DNA from: a virus
Taxonomy: Duplodnaviria > Caudoviricetes
DNA: 49,071 nucleotides
Virus record (IMG/VR): IMGVR_UViG_3300016472_000368
Location: 1-49,071 of that record
Strand: one strand, 5' to 3'
Position 1 is the stretch's first letter, and the number at the start of each line of letters is the position of its first letter. Made by a program: the position numbers and the translations under genes. The notes below the pieces were generated by a model. The model was not told where the DNA came from. It saw only the letters and a list, made by a program, of their open reading frames with translations, and did not search any database. Positions 35,749 to 45,323 of the stretch are shown piece after piece.

Positions 35749-37389
35749 TTACCTATTTATACCTATTGAATATTTTTCCACCTCAGCATCAAGTTGAGGT
35801 GTTGGTGATTCATTATCCATACGGTCTACGGTATTATCTATAGGTTCAACTTGTTCATCACTTTCAACTTGTTGAGCTTGTGCTAACATATCAGTTGAAC
35901 CATCTTCTTCCATTTCTTTAGCCATCTCTTCAATTTCTTCATCAGACATGCGAAGAACATTCTTTTTAACCCATGTTTGTGAAAAATATTTACCAATATA
36001 TGGGTCTAAAAGTTGAAGTGTCGTAACTCTTTCACGCATCAGTTCAGTTTCACGGAGTTCAGTAAAATTGTTGTCTTTTTTGTAATCATAATAAATACTT
36101 TCTTTAAATTCATCCCATTCTTCTTGACTACAAACGCCTTTAAGGGATAACTGTATTTTTAGAGCATTATCAAAGATTTGTGAAAACTTATTACGAAGGC
36201 GAACAACAAACTTAGCAAACTTCAATTCATCACGGCTAATTTCAGCAGAGCGACCAAGAGATGCAAGGCCTCCACCACTTTGTGTGTCCATACGAGAATA
36301 AGGAACGTTTAAAGACTGTAAAAGTTTTTTGCGAAAATAATCTACGTCTTCAATTTGGCCTAAGTTTTGACCAGCGGGCAGTGTAGTAATTTCTGTACCT
36401 TTACCACCCTCTCTCCTTGGGAGCCAAAAATCTTCAAGCATCGACATATGTTTACGATCATCACGCATTTCGCCAGTGTTTGCATCGTATACCATTTTAT
36501 TACGATACTTGATCATAATATCACGAAGGTATTGTTCAGCTTTACCTTTTGGTAGGTTACCAACATCAATGTAAAACACACGGCGTTCTGGTGCTCTCGA
36601 AAGGCGATAAATAACCACCGCGTCTTCAATCATTCTTAATTGATTTAGTGGCTTAATGGCCTTATGAAGGTAAGAAATCACAAATGTATTTTTGGCATCC
36701 ATAAGGCCCGAGTTTACATTAATGATAGAATCTGGTGCAATACGAACACCAGCATTCACGCCAGCAGTATAAGTTTGTGTTGTGCTACCTCGATCACTGT
36801 AGATATAATATTCTGCCAATGATTTAATGATCATAGCACCAGATTTTGGATCTTTGTCTTTTTGTATTTCACGAACTTTTCGAATTTTTCTCGGGTCAAC
36901 ATAACGAAGTTCTTGTATTCCCTCTTTAGGGTTTTTTTCGTTGACTATAATGTGAAAATAAATTCGCCCATCAATGTACCAACGCTTGAACAAATCGTCG
37001 GCCATATTTTCAAAGTTAAGAAGACGTTGAATATTGTTAAACTCTTCAATAATTTTTTTCTTGATTGTTTCTGGTTGTTTAAGTTTATCCAAATTAATCA
37101 TGACAACATCACCAGTTTCATCATGAGTAATAGCCTCATTGACAATATCATCAATGGCGGCTTCTAATTCAGGGTGATTTGACATTTCACGATAACGAGT
37201 AATTAATTCCAATTCATTGCGAACAGAACCCTCTAAGTCAACATAGGTACCATAGTAAGCATTTTGTGTAATGGTAATGGCACCATCATCAAGTGCCGTC
37301 GTTGGAAGTGCAAAAGAACGCTGCTCTGGTTTTTCTTCCTGAGCAACGTCTTTTCTACCTATGGTGAACCCAAAAAGATTCAGCGCCAT
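35749..37389 (-). CDS. 20: Portal protein gp20
   Basis: WYIDGRIY, SYLHKAIK, RAPERRVFYIDVGNLPK, EDFWLPRREGGKGTEI. Confidence 0.99.
   Translation of the reverse strand: MALNLFGFTIGRKDVAQEEKPEQRSFALPTTALDDGAITITQNAYYGTYVDLEGSVRNELELITRYREMSNHPELEAAIDDIVNEAITHDETGDVVMINLDKLKQPETIKKKIIEEFNNIQRLLNFENMADDLFKRWYIDGRIYFHIIVNEKNPKEGIQELRYVDPRKIRKVREIQKDKDPKSGAMIIKSLAEYYIYSDRGSTTQTYTAGVNAGVRIAPDSIINVNSGLMDAKNTFVISYLHKAIKPLNQLRMIEDAVVIYRLSRAPERRVFYIDVGNLPKGKAEQYLRDIMIKYRNKMVYDANTGEMRDDRKHMSMLEDFWLPRREGGKGTEITTLPAGQNLGQIEDVDYFRKKLLQSLNVPYSRMDTQSGGGLASLGRSAEISRDELKFAKFVVRLRNKFSQIFDNALKIQLSLKGVCSQEEWDEFKESIYYDYKKDNNFTELRETELMRERVTTLQLLDPYIGKYFSQTWVKKNVLRMSDEEIEEMAKEMEEDGSTDMLAQAQQVESDEQVEPIDNTVDRMDNESPTPQLDAEVEKYSIGINR
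35754..35761 (-). promoter_or_regulatory. Late promoter TATAAATA at the end of gp20
   Basis: Perfect consensus 21 nt upstream of the gp67-like ATG. Confidence 0.75.
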
Positions 37390-37403
37390 TTATTTCTCAT
37401 TCC

Positions 37404-37437
37404 AAAAAAATTAAGAAGAGGCCGAAGCCTTTTCTTA
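37404..37437 (-). terminator. Terminator after gp19
   Basis: AAGAAAAGGC-TTCG-GCCTCTTCTT plus T-run (UUCG tetraloop). Confidence 0.85.
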
Positions 37438-37980
37438 GAACACTCGATTCGCTACCGCTTCCCACCATTGATAAGCAAGCGAAACTGAAAACTCTTCAAT
37501 AGTGTCATTTGAACCCCAATCAACATCAATTGGAGTTATGTCGGTAGGAAACATACCAATAAATTTATATGATTTAATACGACTGCCGTTTTTACCATAC
37601 TGATAAACTTCTGCATCTTGTGTATAACTTGAAGGTGTAAGAGCTGCGGCATTACGAAGGTTTGTACGATGTGTATTGAGACCATTCATCCAACGTTCAA
37701 ACGCATTTCTTACAATAAAATCTTCATCGTTAATTATAGTGATTGTCCAATCAGCAAAAGTTCTGTTACCGGCGAATTTCAACTCACGACCAAAATATTG
37801 AACAGGCACAACTCCAACTGTTGAGCCAGGAAGTTGCGCTGTTTTACACATGAATGTTAATTTTGTTTGTGCGTTTCCTGGCGAAGAAAAAGTAGGAAAC
37901 GGCATAGAAACTTCAAACAGATTGGGACGGGCACCGTCACCAGTCATTTGAGATCTAAACTGAGTTACTGAAAAAGCCAT
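37435..37980 (-). CDS. 19: Tail tube protein gp19
   Basis: GARPNLFEV, FMCKTAQLPGS, AGNRTFADWTITI. Confidence 0.97.
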   Translation of the reverse strand: MAFSVTQFRSQMTGDGARPNLFEVSMPFPTFSSPGNAQTKLTFMCKTAQLPGSTVGVVPVQYFGRELKFAGNRTFADWTITIINDEDFIVRNAFERWMNGLNTHRTNLRNAAALTPSSYTQDAEVYQYGKNGSRIKSYKFIGMFPTDITPIDVDWGSNDTIEEFSVSLAYQWWEAVANRVF

Positions 37981-38002
37981 GTTATTTTTCTCCTGTTTTC
38001 TC

Positions 38003-38010
38003 TATTTAGA
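38003..38010 (-). promoter_or_regulatory. Late-promoter variant TCTAAATA for gp19
   Basis: Overlaps the gp18 stop; AGGAG SD follows. Confidence 0.6.
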
Positions 38011-39670
38011 CTGTGCGGCCGACAATTTCTTCAAATGTTACACCACTTCTCACAGCAACAAAATTTAATTGAATAAAATTTATTGAACGAGCTGGTTTGA
38101 TGTAGATATCTCCAACAAATTCGTTGCGATCAATAACTTCAGCAGTGTTATTTGTTTCATCACATATAACACGAAAGTCAGTGATACCACGACGACCTTG
38201 TACATCACGAAGGTATGGTTCAACAATATTTACGAATTGTGACCTTGTGAATGTATCGTTAAATTCAAACAATGAAGTGCGAGCTGCCCGCGCTATTGAT
38301 TTTTCAAGCACAATAAATAAACGACGAACATTAATACGATCAAATGCTGATGGGCGGTTTAAAAGTGTTTTGTCGCCAAAAAGAACTGTGCCTTCGCCTT
38401 GAAATGTAACAACTGGGTTAATACCACGATTATAAAGAACATCACGATTTGATTTAGTTGGGTTCCAAGCTAGTTTAATGACATTTCTAATAACACCGCG
38501 GTTTGTTCCTGCCGGCGAAAACCACGGGTCGCGTTCTTGATCAGTACGAGCACAAAGACCGGCAACATCACCATTCAATGGTAACCAACGATAAACATCA
38601 TTGTATTTGTCATATTGATATTTCCAACCAGAATCCATCACTGCGTATGAAGAAGATGTAATGGTATCACGAAAGGCTGTTACATCATTCTCTTCGGAAC
38701 CAGAATTATCAACAACATCAGCTTTCTCTGGCGAACAAAATACGACACAATCTTTGCGAGTTTCAGCAATCGAAATAGCATTTTCAATTGTAGCTTCAGT
38801 TGCTGGGCCTGTAATGATTAATGAAACTTCTTCCGAATCCGGGTTTGCTACCTTATTGTACGCTGTTTGAATATTACCTGCTGTTACTGAACCATTGGCA
38901 CCATTTGCAAGTGTTGATGTAATTCTTGTTGCTAACAGTGTATAACTAGTATTTACTGTGCCCCAATTTGTGCTGTCGGGATGAGACATCCACCAAACAT
39001 ATTTTGATCTTTGATTGAGAACTTCTTTGTAGTAATTGCTAGAGCCATCAAAACTTTTAGCATCATTAGCTTTTGAAACAAATGGAAATTTTTCAAGAAC
39101 AGTATTTGATGTACCTGTAAACTTGCCATTCACATCAAGAACAATAATGTGCAGTTCATCATTAGCGCCACCACGGTTTGAAACAAATACAGATGTTGCT
39201 GGTGTAGAAGTGAAACTATTTGCGTATGTCCAACCAGAATAAGTATTAGAGTCGGCCACCTCTACGCGAATCGAATTGCCCAAATCACCAGGGTATTTGG
39301 CAGCAAAACGACCAAAAGTGTTTGCGCCACTTGAATGATTGTCATTATAATCATCTTCATTTTCAATTAACAAACCAGAACCAGCACTTGATGCGGTGTT
39401 TGTTGTAGCAGAGTTTGCTGCACGGATGACACGAAGGTTATTTGAGTATGCTAAAAAATTAGCAGCTGAAAACCAGTATTCATAATTATTGTCATCTGGT
39501 TTTCCAAATTCTTCAACCAAACGAACTTCATCAGAAATTGTGATGACTTCATTAACTGGACCCCAGGCAAAAACTCCGGCAAAGGCGCCAACGGATGTGG
39601 CGACTGAAGGCACAACTGTAGTCAGATCAACTTCTGATACATTTACGCCAGGTGAAAGCTGAAATGCCAT
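38006..39670 (-). CDS. 18: Tail sheath protein gp18
   Basis: SPGVNVSEVD, PWFSPAG, FDRINVRRLF, IKPARSINFI. Confidence 0.98.
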   Translation of the reverse strand: MAFQLSPGVNVSEVDLTTVVPSVATSVGAFAGVFAWGPVNEVITISDEVRLVEEFGKPDDNNYEYWFSAANFLAYSNNLRVIRAANSATTNTASSAGSGLLIENEDDYNDNHSSGANTFGRFAAKYPGDLGNSIRVEVADSNTYSGWTYANSFTSTPATSVFVSNRGGANDELHIIVLDVNGKFTGTSNTVLEKFPFVSKANDAKSFDGSSNYYKEVLNQRSKYVWWMSHPDSTNWGTVNTSYTLLATRITSTLANGANGSVTAGNIQTAYNKVANPDSEEVSLIITGPATEATIENAISIAETRKDCVVFCSPEKADVVDNSGSEENDVTAFRDTITSSSYAVMDSGWKYQYDKYNDVYRWLPLNGDVAGLCARTDQERDPWFSPAGTNRGVIRNVIKLAWNPTKSNRDVLYNRGINPVVTFQGEGTVLFGDKTLLNRPSAFDRINVRRLFIVLEKSIARAARTSLFEFNDTFTRSQFVNIVEPYLRDVQGRRGITDFRVICDETNNTAEVIDRNEFVGDIYIKPARSINFIQLNFVAVRSGVTFEEIVGRTV

Positions 39671-39715
39671 GGATTTCTCCTTTAGTTATATGTAAAATCA
39701 ATTATCATTATCGTC

Positions 39716-39723
39716 TATTTAGT
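39716..39723 (-). promoter_or_regulatory. Late-promoter variant ACTAAATA for gp18
   Basis: Just after the TerL-C stop; AAGGAG SD before gp18. Confidence 0.6.
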
Positions 39724-39727
39724 ATTT

Positions 39728-40909
39728 TCATAATTTTGAGTTGGGATACCCTGGAGGCGGAGAATTCCTCTCTTCGAAATTGTAATTACCCCAAACATCT
39801 CCAGAATCAATGGTCACTTCCTCTTGCTGACCGTCATTAATAAAACCCACAGGCAACATATCTTCTTCAATTTGTTTGATTCTTTGCTCATAAACGGCCT
39901 TACGAAGGTTCACATCGGTGATTTCTCTAAAGTAAGGGTTAGTTGTGAGCCATCCAAATAACACCAACGGCATCACCAAATCATCATGGTAACCATCATC
40001 AGCCGCATAAGACCCTTTTGATTCGATAAATGTAGAAATTTCAGATATAACATCAGCATCAAAAACAAGAAGTTTCTTTTCTTCAAGTAGTGATTTGAAA
40101 TTAAAACATCCAATTCTTTTAACTTTTTTATCGGTAGTCACACCTAAATGTGTCTTTCCGGCGCCAGCAAAGCCACCAGAAACTCTTTGTCCTTTGCTAT
40201 CTCTTTGAACGAACAATATGTTATCATACTCATACTCATGATATAAAATATGTGCGACTTGTTCTGAACGATTCACCTCAATTAAAACATAAGCATTGTT
40301 GAAATCTGTGGCGTTCCTATAAATTACAGTTGGATAAAGCATTGGTGCTATTTGATTGTCTCTATATTTGCCAACCAATCTATAAGGAACTTCTGTTATA
40401 TCTATAATAACAAACGAAGAATAATCTCCACCAACACCTTCAGCCGTATCTACCACGAAAACATAACTATGGCCTTTTTCGGGCATTTCATAAAGATCCA
40501 ACCCATCTTTTTGATAAATTGGTTCATTGAAAGACATTTGTTCAATAATGTCAGCTCGAATAAGAGTAAGTGCCGAACCTAAAAATTTACAATTGTGGGA
40601 AATTAAATCATCAGCAAAATAAACATTTCCATTTTGGACATTAATTGGATCATAAACATCAATATCTTCAAAAAGTTTATTTTCTACGACTACTTCTTTA
40701 CCTAATCGTGATTTCGGTTTCAACTCACAAGCATGAACAATTTTTCCAGTTTCAATGAATCTATGGTGTGGAGTACAAGCAATTTCTAAACCAGATTGGA
40801 ATTTAATTTTTAAAGTTTGTTTTTTTGATTTTTTGATACCGGAAAATAACTCCCATCCGGTAGGAGTTAAAATTTCAAAACAATCATTAATTACAATATT
40901 TTGATTCAT
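39728..40909 (-). CDS. 17: Large terminase gp17 C-terminal (nuclease) part fused behind a 106-aa C-intein
   Basis: After SHN| the sequence CKFLGS...VDTAEGVGGDYS...IEVN...HDDLVM is the RNase H-like TerL nuclease. Confidence 0.95.
   Translation of the reverse strand: MNQNIVINDCFEILTPTGWELFSGIKKSKKQTLKIKFQSGLEIACTPHHRFIETGKIVHACELKPKSRLGKEVVVENKLFEDIDVYDPINVQNGNVYFADDLISHNCKFLGSALTLIRADIIEQMSFNEPIYQKDGLDLYEMPEKGHSYVFVVDTAEGVGGDYSSFVIIDITEVPYRLVGKYRDNQIAPMLYPTVIYRNATDFNNAYVLIEVNRSEQVAHILYHEYEYDNILFVQRDSKGQRVSGGFAGAGKTHLGVTTDKKVKRIGCFNFKSLLEEKKLLVFDADVISEISTFIESKGSYAADDGYHDDLVMPLVLFGWLTTNPYFREITDVNLRKAVYEQRIKQIEEDMLPVGFINDGQQEEVTIDSGDVWGNYNFEERNSPPPGYPNSKL
40592..40909 (-). mobile_element. IntC half (106 aa) of a split intein
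   Basis: EILTPTGW, block B CTPHHRF, block F VYDPINV, terminal ISHN followed by +1 Cys. Confidence 0.92.
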
Positions 40910-41610
40910 AGCATCTTTTTAATTAAATTGTTTTTGGTTATAATGATGTAAAGGCCATTACACGATAAATTAAAATCTTTATGATACTCTTTAGCGAAAG
41001 CTCTCTCATAAGTTAAAAGTTTACCATTTTTTGCTATGAGATCGTATTTTATTTTCAATTTTGGTTTAGAACTATATAATTTTAAAATTTTCTTATAAAG
41101 CTCAATTTTATTTTTTATTTGTTCCGGCGATTTAGGTATTTTATTTTTTCTAATTTTACTAATTTTTTCTTTATATTTTGGATTACTAAAAGCTTTTAAA
41201 CTGGATTTTCTACAATTTTCTATTTGTTCTGGAGTTTTTTTCCAAGTTTTTCCAAATGTTGGATGTTCTTCACCTTTAACTTTCATACCAAACCAACCAA
41301 AATCTTTTGCGATAGACATATTAAAATACATTTCAGATTTAACAACATTTAACTTTTTTTGAAGTTGTTTTTCCCTATACATTGCACATTTTCTAGAATA
41401 ATATTTTTTTACTATAAAAGTTTTAAATAAATGTTTATTATCTATTAATTCTTTTTGATAAATTTTTTTATATTTTTTGGATTTTATTGAACCGTGATAA
41501 CCATTTTCAACGTACTTTACTAAACTGGAACCTATGTAAAATTGTGGTAATTTATTTCCATAATAAACGGTTAAATATGTGCAATATTGAGGTTGGTTAT
41601 AAATAGACAT
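40906..41610 (-). CDS. Free-standing GIY-YIG-like (Seg-type) homing endonuclease between the TerL halves
   Basis: YCTY...FYIGSS, YHGS, E...YFNM catalytic pattern, GEEHPTFGK NUMOD-like motif; much more AT/Lys-rich than neighbours; probable start 41610 with GGAG SD. Confidence 0.82.
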   Translation of the reverse strand: MSIYNQPQYCTYLTVYYGNKLPQFYIGSSLVKYVENGYHGSIKSKKYKKIYQKELIDNKHLFKTFIVKKYYSRKCAMYREKQLQKKLNVVKSEMYFNMSIAKDFGWFGMKVKGEEHPTFGKTWKKTPEQIENCRKSSLKAFSNPKYKEKISKIRKNKIPKSPEQIKNKIELYKKILKLYSSKPKLKIKYDLIAKNGKLLTYERAFAKEYHKDFNLSCNGLYIIITKNNLIKKML

Positions 41611-41688
41611 AGCTGGATACTCCGCTTTAATTTTTAAGTGTCTAGAGGTAGTGGGAACTGGCATTCCGTGACTACCGTTCTATTTATA
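41598..41688. promoter_or_regulatory. Structured endonuclease leader bracketed by convergent TATAAATAGA motifs
   Basis: 10-bp perfect inverted repeat (41598-41607 on +, 41679-41688 on -) around the hairpin GGTAGT-CAC-GGAAT-GCCA-GTTCC-C-ACTACC and the SD. Confidence 0.6.
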
Positions 41689-42585
41689 TAAACTTTGCCT
41701 CGATTCTAAAATTTCGTATAATTCACACATTGTTAATTTCATTATTTCTCCTGTGTATTTGTCTCTGACTGTTATTTTGGATTCTCCCCAAAGGCACAAA
41801 ACTTCTTGATTATACTTAACATCACCAAGGACTTTGCGTTGTTCTTCGGCCCATTTTTCATCACGACCTGGAATTCTCCAATAAGGAATAAACAATGTAA
41901 CAAACCCATTACGGCCATGTTCAGCATCATTCCAAAACTTCCAAAAATGATTATAACCAAGTGGTGTCGAGGTAATTAAAATTTTTGTGGTTTGGCCGGC
42001 GGAGACAACAGGGTAAACGGAAGTAAAAAATGCGTCAGCAACATTGTTTGGGATGATCGCAGCTTCATCAATGTATAAAAGGTTAACGGATTTAGAACGA
42101 ATACCTGCTGCAGTGGTTGCAGCAGTAAACACTTTTGAATTATTTTCTAATTCAATATCACCTTTATTCCAAGTTTTAACACCCTGTTGCATCCATAATG
42201 GAAGATACTCATACATTAATTGATAACGAGAAAGAATCTCACGAGCTGTTTTGTCTTTATTAGCCAATATCGCAACATTTTTATCGGCTTGAAAAATCGT
42301 ATACCAAAGAATATAAGCAGCTGCAGTGGTTGTTTTACCAGCTTGCCGTGATTCCATAATGATAACACGGCGTTCTTTATGTATTAAATTAATTTTTTCT
42401 TTTTGGCAATCATAAAGTTTAAACTGTTGAATGCCATGATCGAGTGTAATTATATAACAATAATTATCAATGAAATAAATTGGGTCTTCTATGCATTTTT
42501 TATATTCTAAAACATTTTCTTCAGTAAATGGTATAGAGATTCCAATTTTTTTAAGATTGGAATTTCCAAGATAAGTGTCAATCAT
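41680..42585 (-). CDS. 17: Large terminase gp17 N-terminal (ATPase) part ending in a 38-aa N-intein
   Basis: SRQAGKTT Walker A, LYIDEAA Walker B, TSTPLG coupling motif, ends YNQEVL|CLWG... Confidence 0.95.
   Translation of the reverse strand: MIDTYLGNSNLKKIGISIPFTEENVLEYKKCIEDPIYFIDNYCYIITLDHGIQQFKLYDCQKEKINLIHKERRVIIMESRQAGKTTTAAAYILWYTIFQADKNVAILANKDKTAREILSRYQLMYEYLPLWMQQGVKTWNKGDIELENNSKVFTAATTAAGIRSKSVNLLYIDEAAIIPNNVADAFFTSVYPVVSAGQTTKILITSTPLGYNHFWKFWNDAEHGRNGFVTLFIPYWRIPGRDEKWAEEQRKVLGDVKYNQEVLCLWGESKITVRDKYTGEIMKLTMCELYEILESRQSLYK
41683..41796 (-). mobile_element. IntN half (38 aa) of a split intein
   Basis: Block A CLWGESKITV followed by the MxELY helix, then stop. Confidence 0.9.
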
Positions 42586-43019
42586 TACTTAATGATGCTA
42601 CGAAGCATCCATGCGTGTTTGTTATGAACATCAATACGGCCTGCAAGAAAATCTGCAAGCCCTTGTTTGTCAAATTGAGTAGCAAGTTTGAAGGCCATGT
42701 TTAAAGTTGACAAAACAATCATATTATCAGTTAATAATTTAGCTGCCATTTCACGAGCCATAGGAACATTTAATTCGTCTTGTATGTCAGTTAGCTCCAT
42801 GAATCGACTAAAAGAACCTGGAGCATAGGCATCTAGAGATCGGATTTCTTCGGCGATTGGATCAACAGCATCATGTAATTCTTCATATAATTTACCGAAA
42901 AAATCATGATATTGGGGGAAATTAATACCTTCTACATTCCAATGATAATTGTGTGCCTTTAAGTACAAAGCAAAAGTTTCAGCAAGAACTTTTCGCATCA
43001 TTTCTATGAGTGTTTCCAT
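42585..43019 (-). CDS. dps: Dps/DNA-binding ferritin-like protein
   Basis: KAHNYHWNVEG..F..YH, DPIAE ferroxidase ligands, KHAWMLRS. Confidence 0.93.
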   Translation of the reverse strand: METLIEMMRKVLAETFALYLKAHNYHWNVEGINFPQYHDFFGKLYEELHDAVDPIAEEIRSLDAYAPGSFSRFMELTDIQDELNVPMAREMAAKLLTDNMIVLSTLNMAFKLATQFDKQGLADFLAGRIDVHNKHAWMLRSIIK

Positions 43020-43021
43020 TT

Positions 43022-43423
43022 TTATGCCTTATTTGTTTTTAAAAGTTTCATTAAATCTGCTGTCGAACCCACAAAAACAGCTTTGTCAATGTTTACATCT
43101 TTCAACCCACCTTTGTCTATAATGAGGTCTTTTTTACGTTTTTGAATTTCAAGTAAATCTTTATTTAAATCAGACAAATTTTTAATTAAGTTTGCCGCCA
43201 CCTCATAGGCTCTTGGTGATTCAGAGTGTTTTGCAACCATTAATAATTCATCAATGGCATAATTGCCTTTTTGTAATAAATCACGAATGTTTTTACGAGC
43301 AAACTCTGCATCAGAATCGACAGGGTTAGTTTCAGAAACAATAACTGTTTCAAGTTTAGGTTCTTCTATTTTAATTGGTTCAACTTCAAATAACTCCGAT
43401 AATTTTTCATTTATTTTTTTCAT
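43022..43423 (-). CDS. 16: Small terminase gp16
   Basis: DAEFARKNI, ESPRAYEVA, VFVGSTADL. Confidence 0.93.
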   Translation of the reverse strand: MKKINEKLSELFEVEPIKIEEPKLETVIVSETNPVDSDAEFARKNIRDLLQKGNYAIDELLMVAKHSESPRAYEVAANLIKNLSDLNKDLLEIQKRKKDLIIDKGGLKDVNIDKAVFVGSTADLMKLLKTNKA

Positions 43424-44412
43424 ACTGTATTAGGCCAATTGGTAATCGTTTCAATAAATCCAAACTCATCATCAGGTAGTGCGTTTGACGGATCTGGTGT
43501 GGTAACTATTGCTGTTTGTTTAAGTGCCGTATTTTCTACGGTTGATATAGTGAATGATGCGTTACTTATATCACCAATGACCACATCACCAACCTCAAGT
43601 AATTTGTTTAGACTTGTGGCTATAAGTGTACCTGTGTTACTGTTACTAAAATATAGAACACGACCAGAAACTAGCCTATCATCCACACGAATGGTTTCTG
43701 ATTGTAGATATTGTCCTGTACCGTTGGCATAATCAACATACACTACTTGACCATCTAAACTTTGAGGTTCATAGTAAATATTCGTGTTTGCTTGACGTAT
43801 GATTTCACCAGACTTAATTGGTGGCCAAATATAACCTTTTACCGTAAATGATAAGTCCCACATAATTGTTCTTGTGGTAGACATATCGCCCTCATAATCT
43901 ACACTCGATGTTACAGAATTAAGTATAACAGGCAAATCATATTTTTGATCCATTGGAGGAATAAAATCTACCGTAACTGTAAAATCTGGTGTAAAAAATG
44001 GAAGTATTTGTTCAAGTATTTGTGTTCCGTCTTCGGTATTTCTTACATAGATGGATAATGAAAACTCAAAGTTGTATGGCACTGGAGCAAATTGTGTTTT
44101 AACTGCTGTTGATGTATTTGCTGAAAAATTACGAATCGTTGACATTTGCTTACGAGTTGGGTCATAAGACAAACTATCAAGGTTAAATGAAATTCTAGGT
44201 AGAGTTATAGCAATTGATTTCGTCAGTGTTGGGTCGGAAGTAATCAATGTCAAGTATTTTTCTTTTGCACCATAAGACAAAGGTACTTTAAACTTCTCTT
44301 TGTTTACTCCAGCAGATGTGGCTCTAGTTACAATTAGGTCATTAAACGTTGTACCAAATGCTACAACGACCTTTCGTATTGTGCGATGGCTAAAAAAATC
44401 GTTACCTAACAT
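43420..44412 (-). CDS. 15: Tail sheath stabilizer/completion protein gp15 with C-terminal insertion
   Basis: VVAFGTTFND, KVPLSYG, LPRISF, QILEQILPFF, DDEFGF. Confidence 0.93.
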   Translation of the reverse strand: MLGNDFFSHRTIRKVVVAFGTTFNDLIVTRATSAGVNKEKFKVPLSYGAKEKYLTLITSDPTLTKSIAITLPRISFNLDSLSYDPTRKQMSTIRNFSANTSTAVKTQFAPVPYNFEFSLSIYVRNTEDGTQILEQILPFFTPDFTVTVDFIPPMDQKYDLPVILNSVTSSVDYEGDMSTTRTIMWDLSFTVKGYIWPPIKSGEIIRQANTNIYYEPQSLDGQVVYVDYANGTGQYLQSETIRVDDRLVSGRVLYFSNSNTGTLIATSLNKLLEVGDVVIGDISNASFTISTVENTALKQTAIVTTPDPSNALPDDEFGFIETITNWPNTV

Positions 44413-45320
44413 TATGATTCGCCAAATGGGTTAGTTTCGGTCCAATCAAGTATCGCATCAGCTTCACCTTCAATACGATTATTATCAACAATGTCTTCAA
44501 AGGCATCATTCATAGTTGCAGTATCAGAAATTACATTGGCCATCCAAGTAGCACCACTAGTTACACCAATTACGTTTGCAGTGGTGAAATTGCCTTGAAC
44601 ACGAATAATTTGAACATGCTTACTTGCGCTCACTAAATCAAAACTTTCAACAATGGCTTGTGAGTTAGCATTTGCAAGGCTAGTGCCTTGATAAACAATT
44701 TCGCCGTTTGAATAATAACCAGATCCGGTTGTCAATGTAATTTTAGTGCGAAAATAATTATCACGAATTTGTTCATCAATTTCAGCCACACCAGTTTCAA
44801 CAATTTCATTTGAAAATACAAATTGTTTTAATTTTATAGCATACACATAAACATTACCACCACGACCGCGACCAAGTGTGTAAAACATTGCTTGGTCATT
44901 TTCACTCTCAACAAAAGTAATTTCAAAAAAATTTTTCATAAGAGGAACATAAACTAAATCCCCCTCCCTTGGTCTTATTAATTGACTTACTCTTGTTGCA
45001 TACTTAAATCGTTTGCGAGATACCAACAAAGATAATTCATCACGAATTTCAAGGCCAAATTTGGAAATAAAATCACCTTCACCATCCATACCAGTTACGT
45101 TTTCGAGGTACATTTCAATAGGGTGTGCTGTTTTATATTCTTTTAATGTATCTTCACCATAAATGTAATCAATTTCATTGCCGGTTCTGACAGTTCTAGG
45201 GAGGTAATAAACATCCATGCCATAAATTTGCATAGCTTCAATGACCAAATCTTCAACAAGCAGTTGCTCACTTGTTATTTGGTTTTTGGGAAAATGATTG
45301 AAAAATAGGTTAGTGGGCAC
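44412..45320 (-). CDS. 14: Neck protein gp14
   Basis: YGMDVYYLPR, SKFGLEIRDE, RPREGDLVY, ETNPFG. Confidence 0.95.
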   Translation of the reverse strand: MPTNLFFNHFPKNQITSEQLLVEDLVIEAMQIYGMDVYYLPRTVRTGNEIDYIYGEDTLKEYKTAHPIEMYLENVTGMDGEGDFISKFGLEIRDELSLLVSRKRFKYATRVSQLIRPREGDLVYVPLMKNFFEITFVESENDQAMFYTLGRGRGGNVYVYAIKLKQFVFSNEIVETGVAEIDEQIRDNYFRTKITLTTGSGYYSNGEIVYQGTSLANANSQAIVESFDLVSASKHVQIIRVQGNFTTANVIGVTSGATWMANVISDTATMNDAFEDIVDNNRIEGEADAILDWTETNPFGES

Positions 45321-45323
45321 AAA

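Noticed and set aside
41611-41664. ORF-track start of the endonuclease at 41664
   Set aside because: It lies inside the leader hairpin with no SD; ATG 41610 has GGAG at 9-nt spacing
40906-41682. Group I intron or pseudogenisation as the explanation for the broken terL
   Set aside because: No group I core is evident, and both halves carry complementary intein blocks that restore the conserved junction exactly
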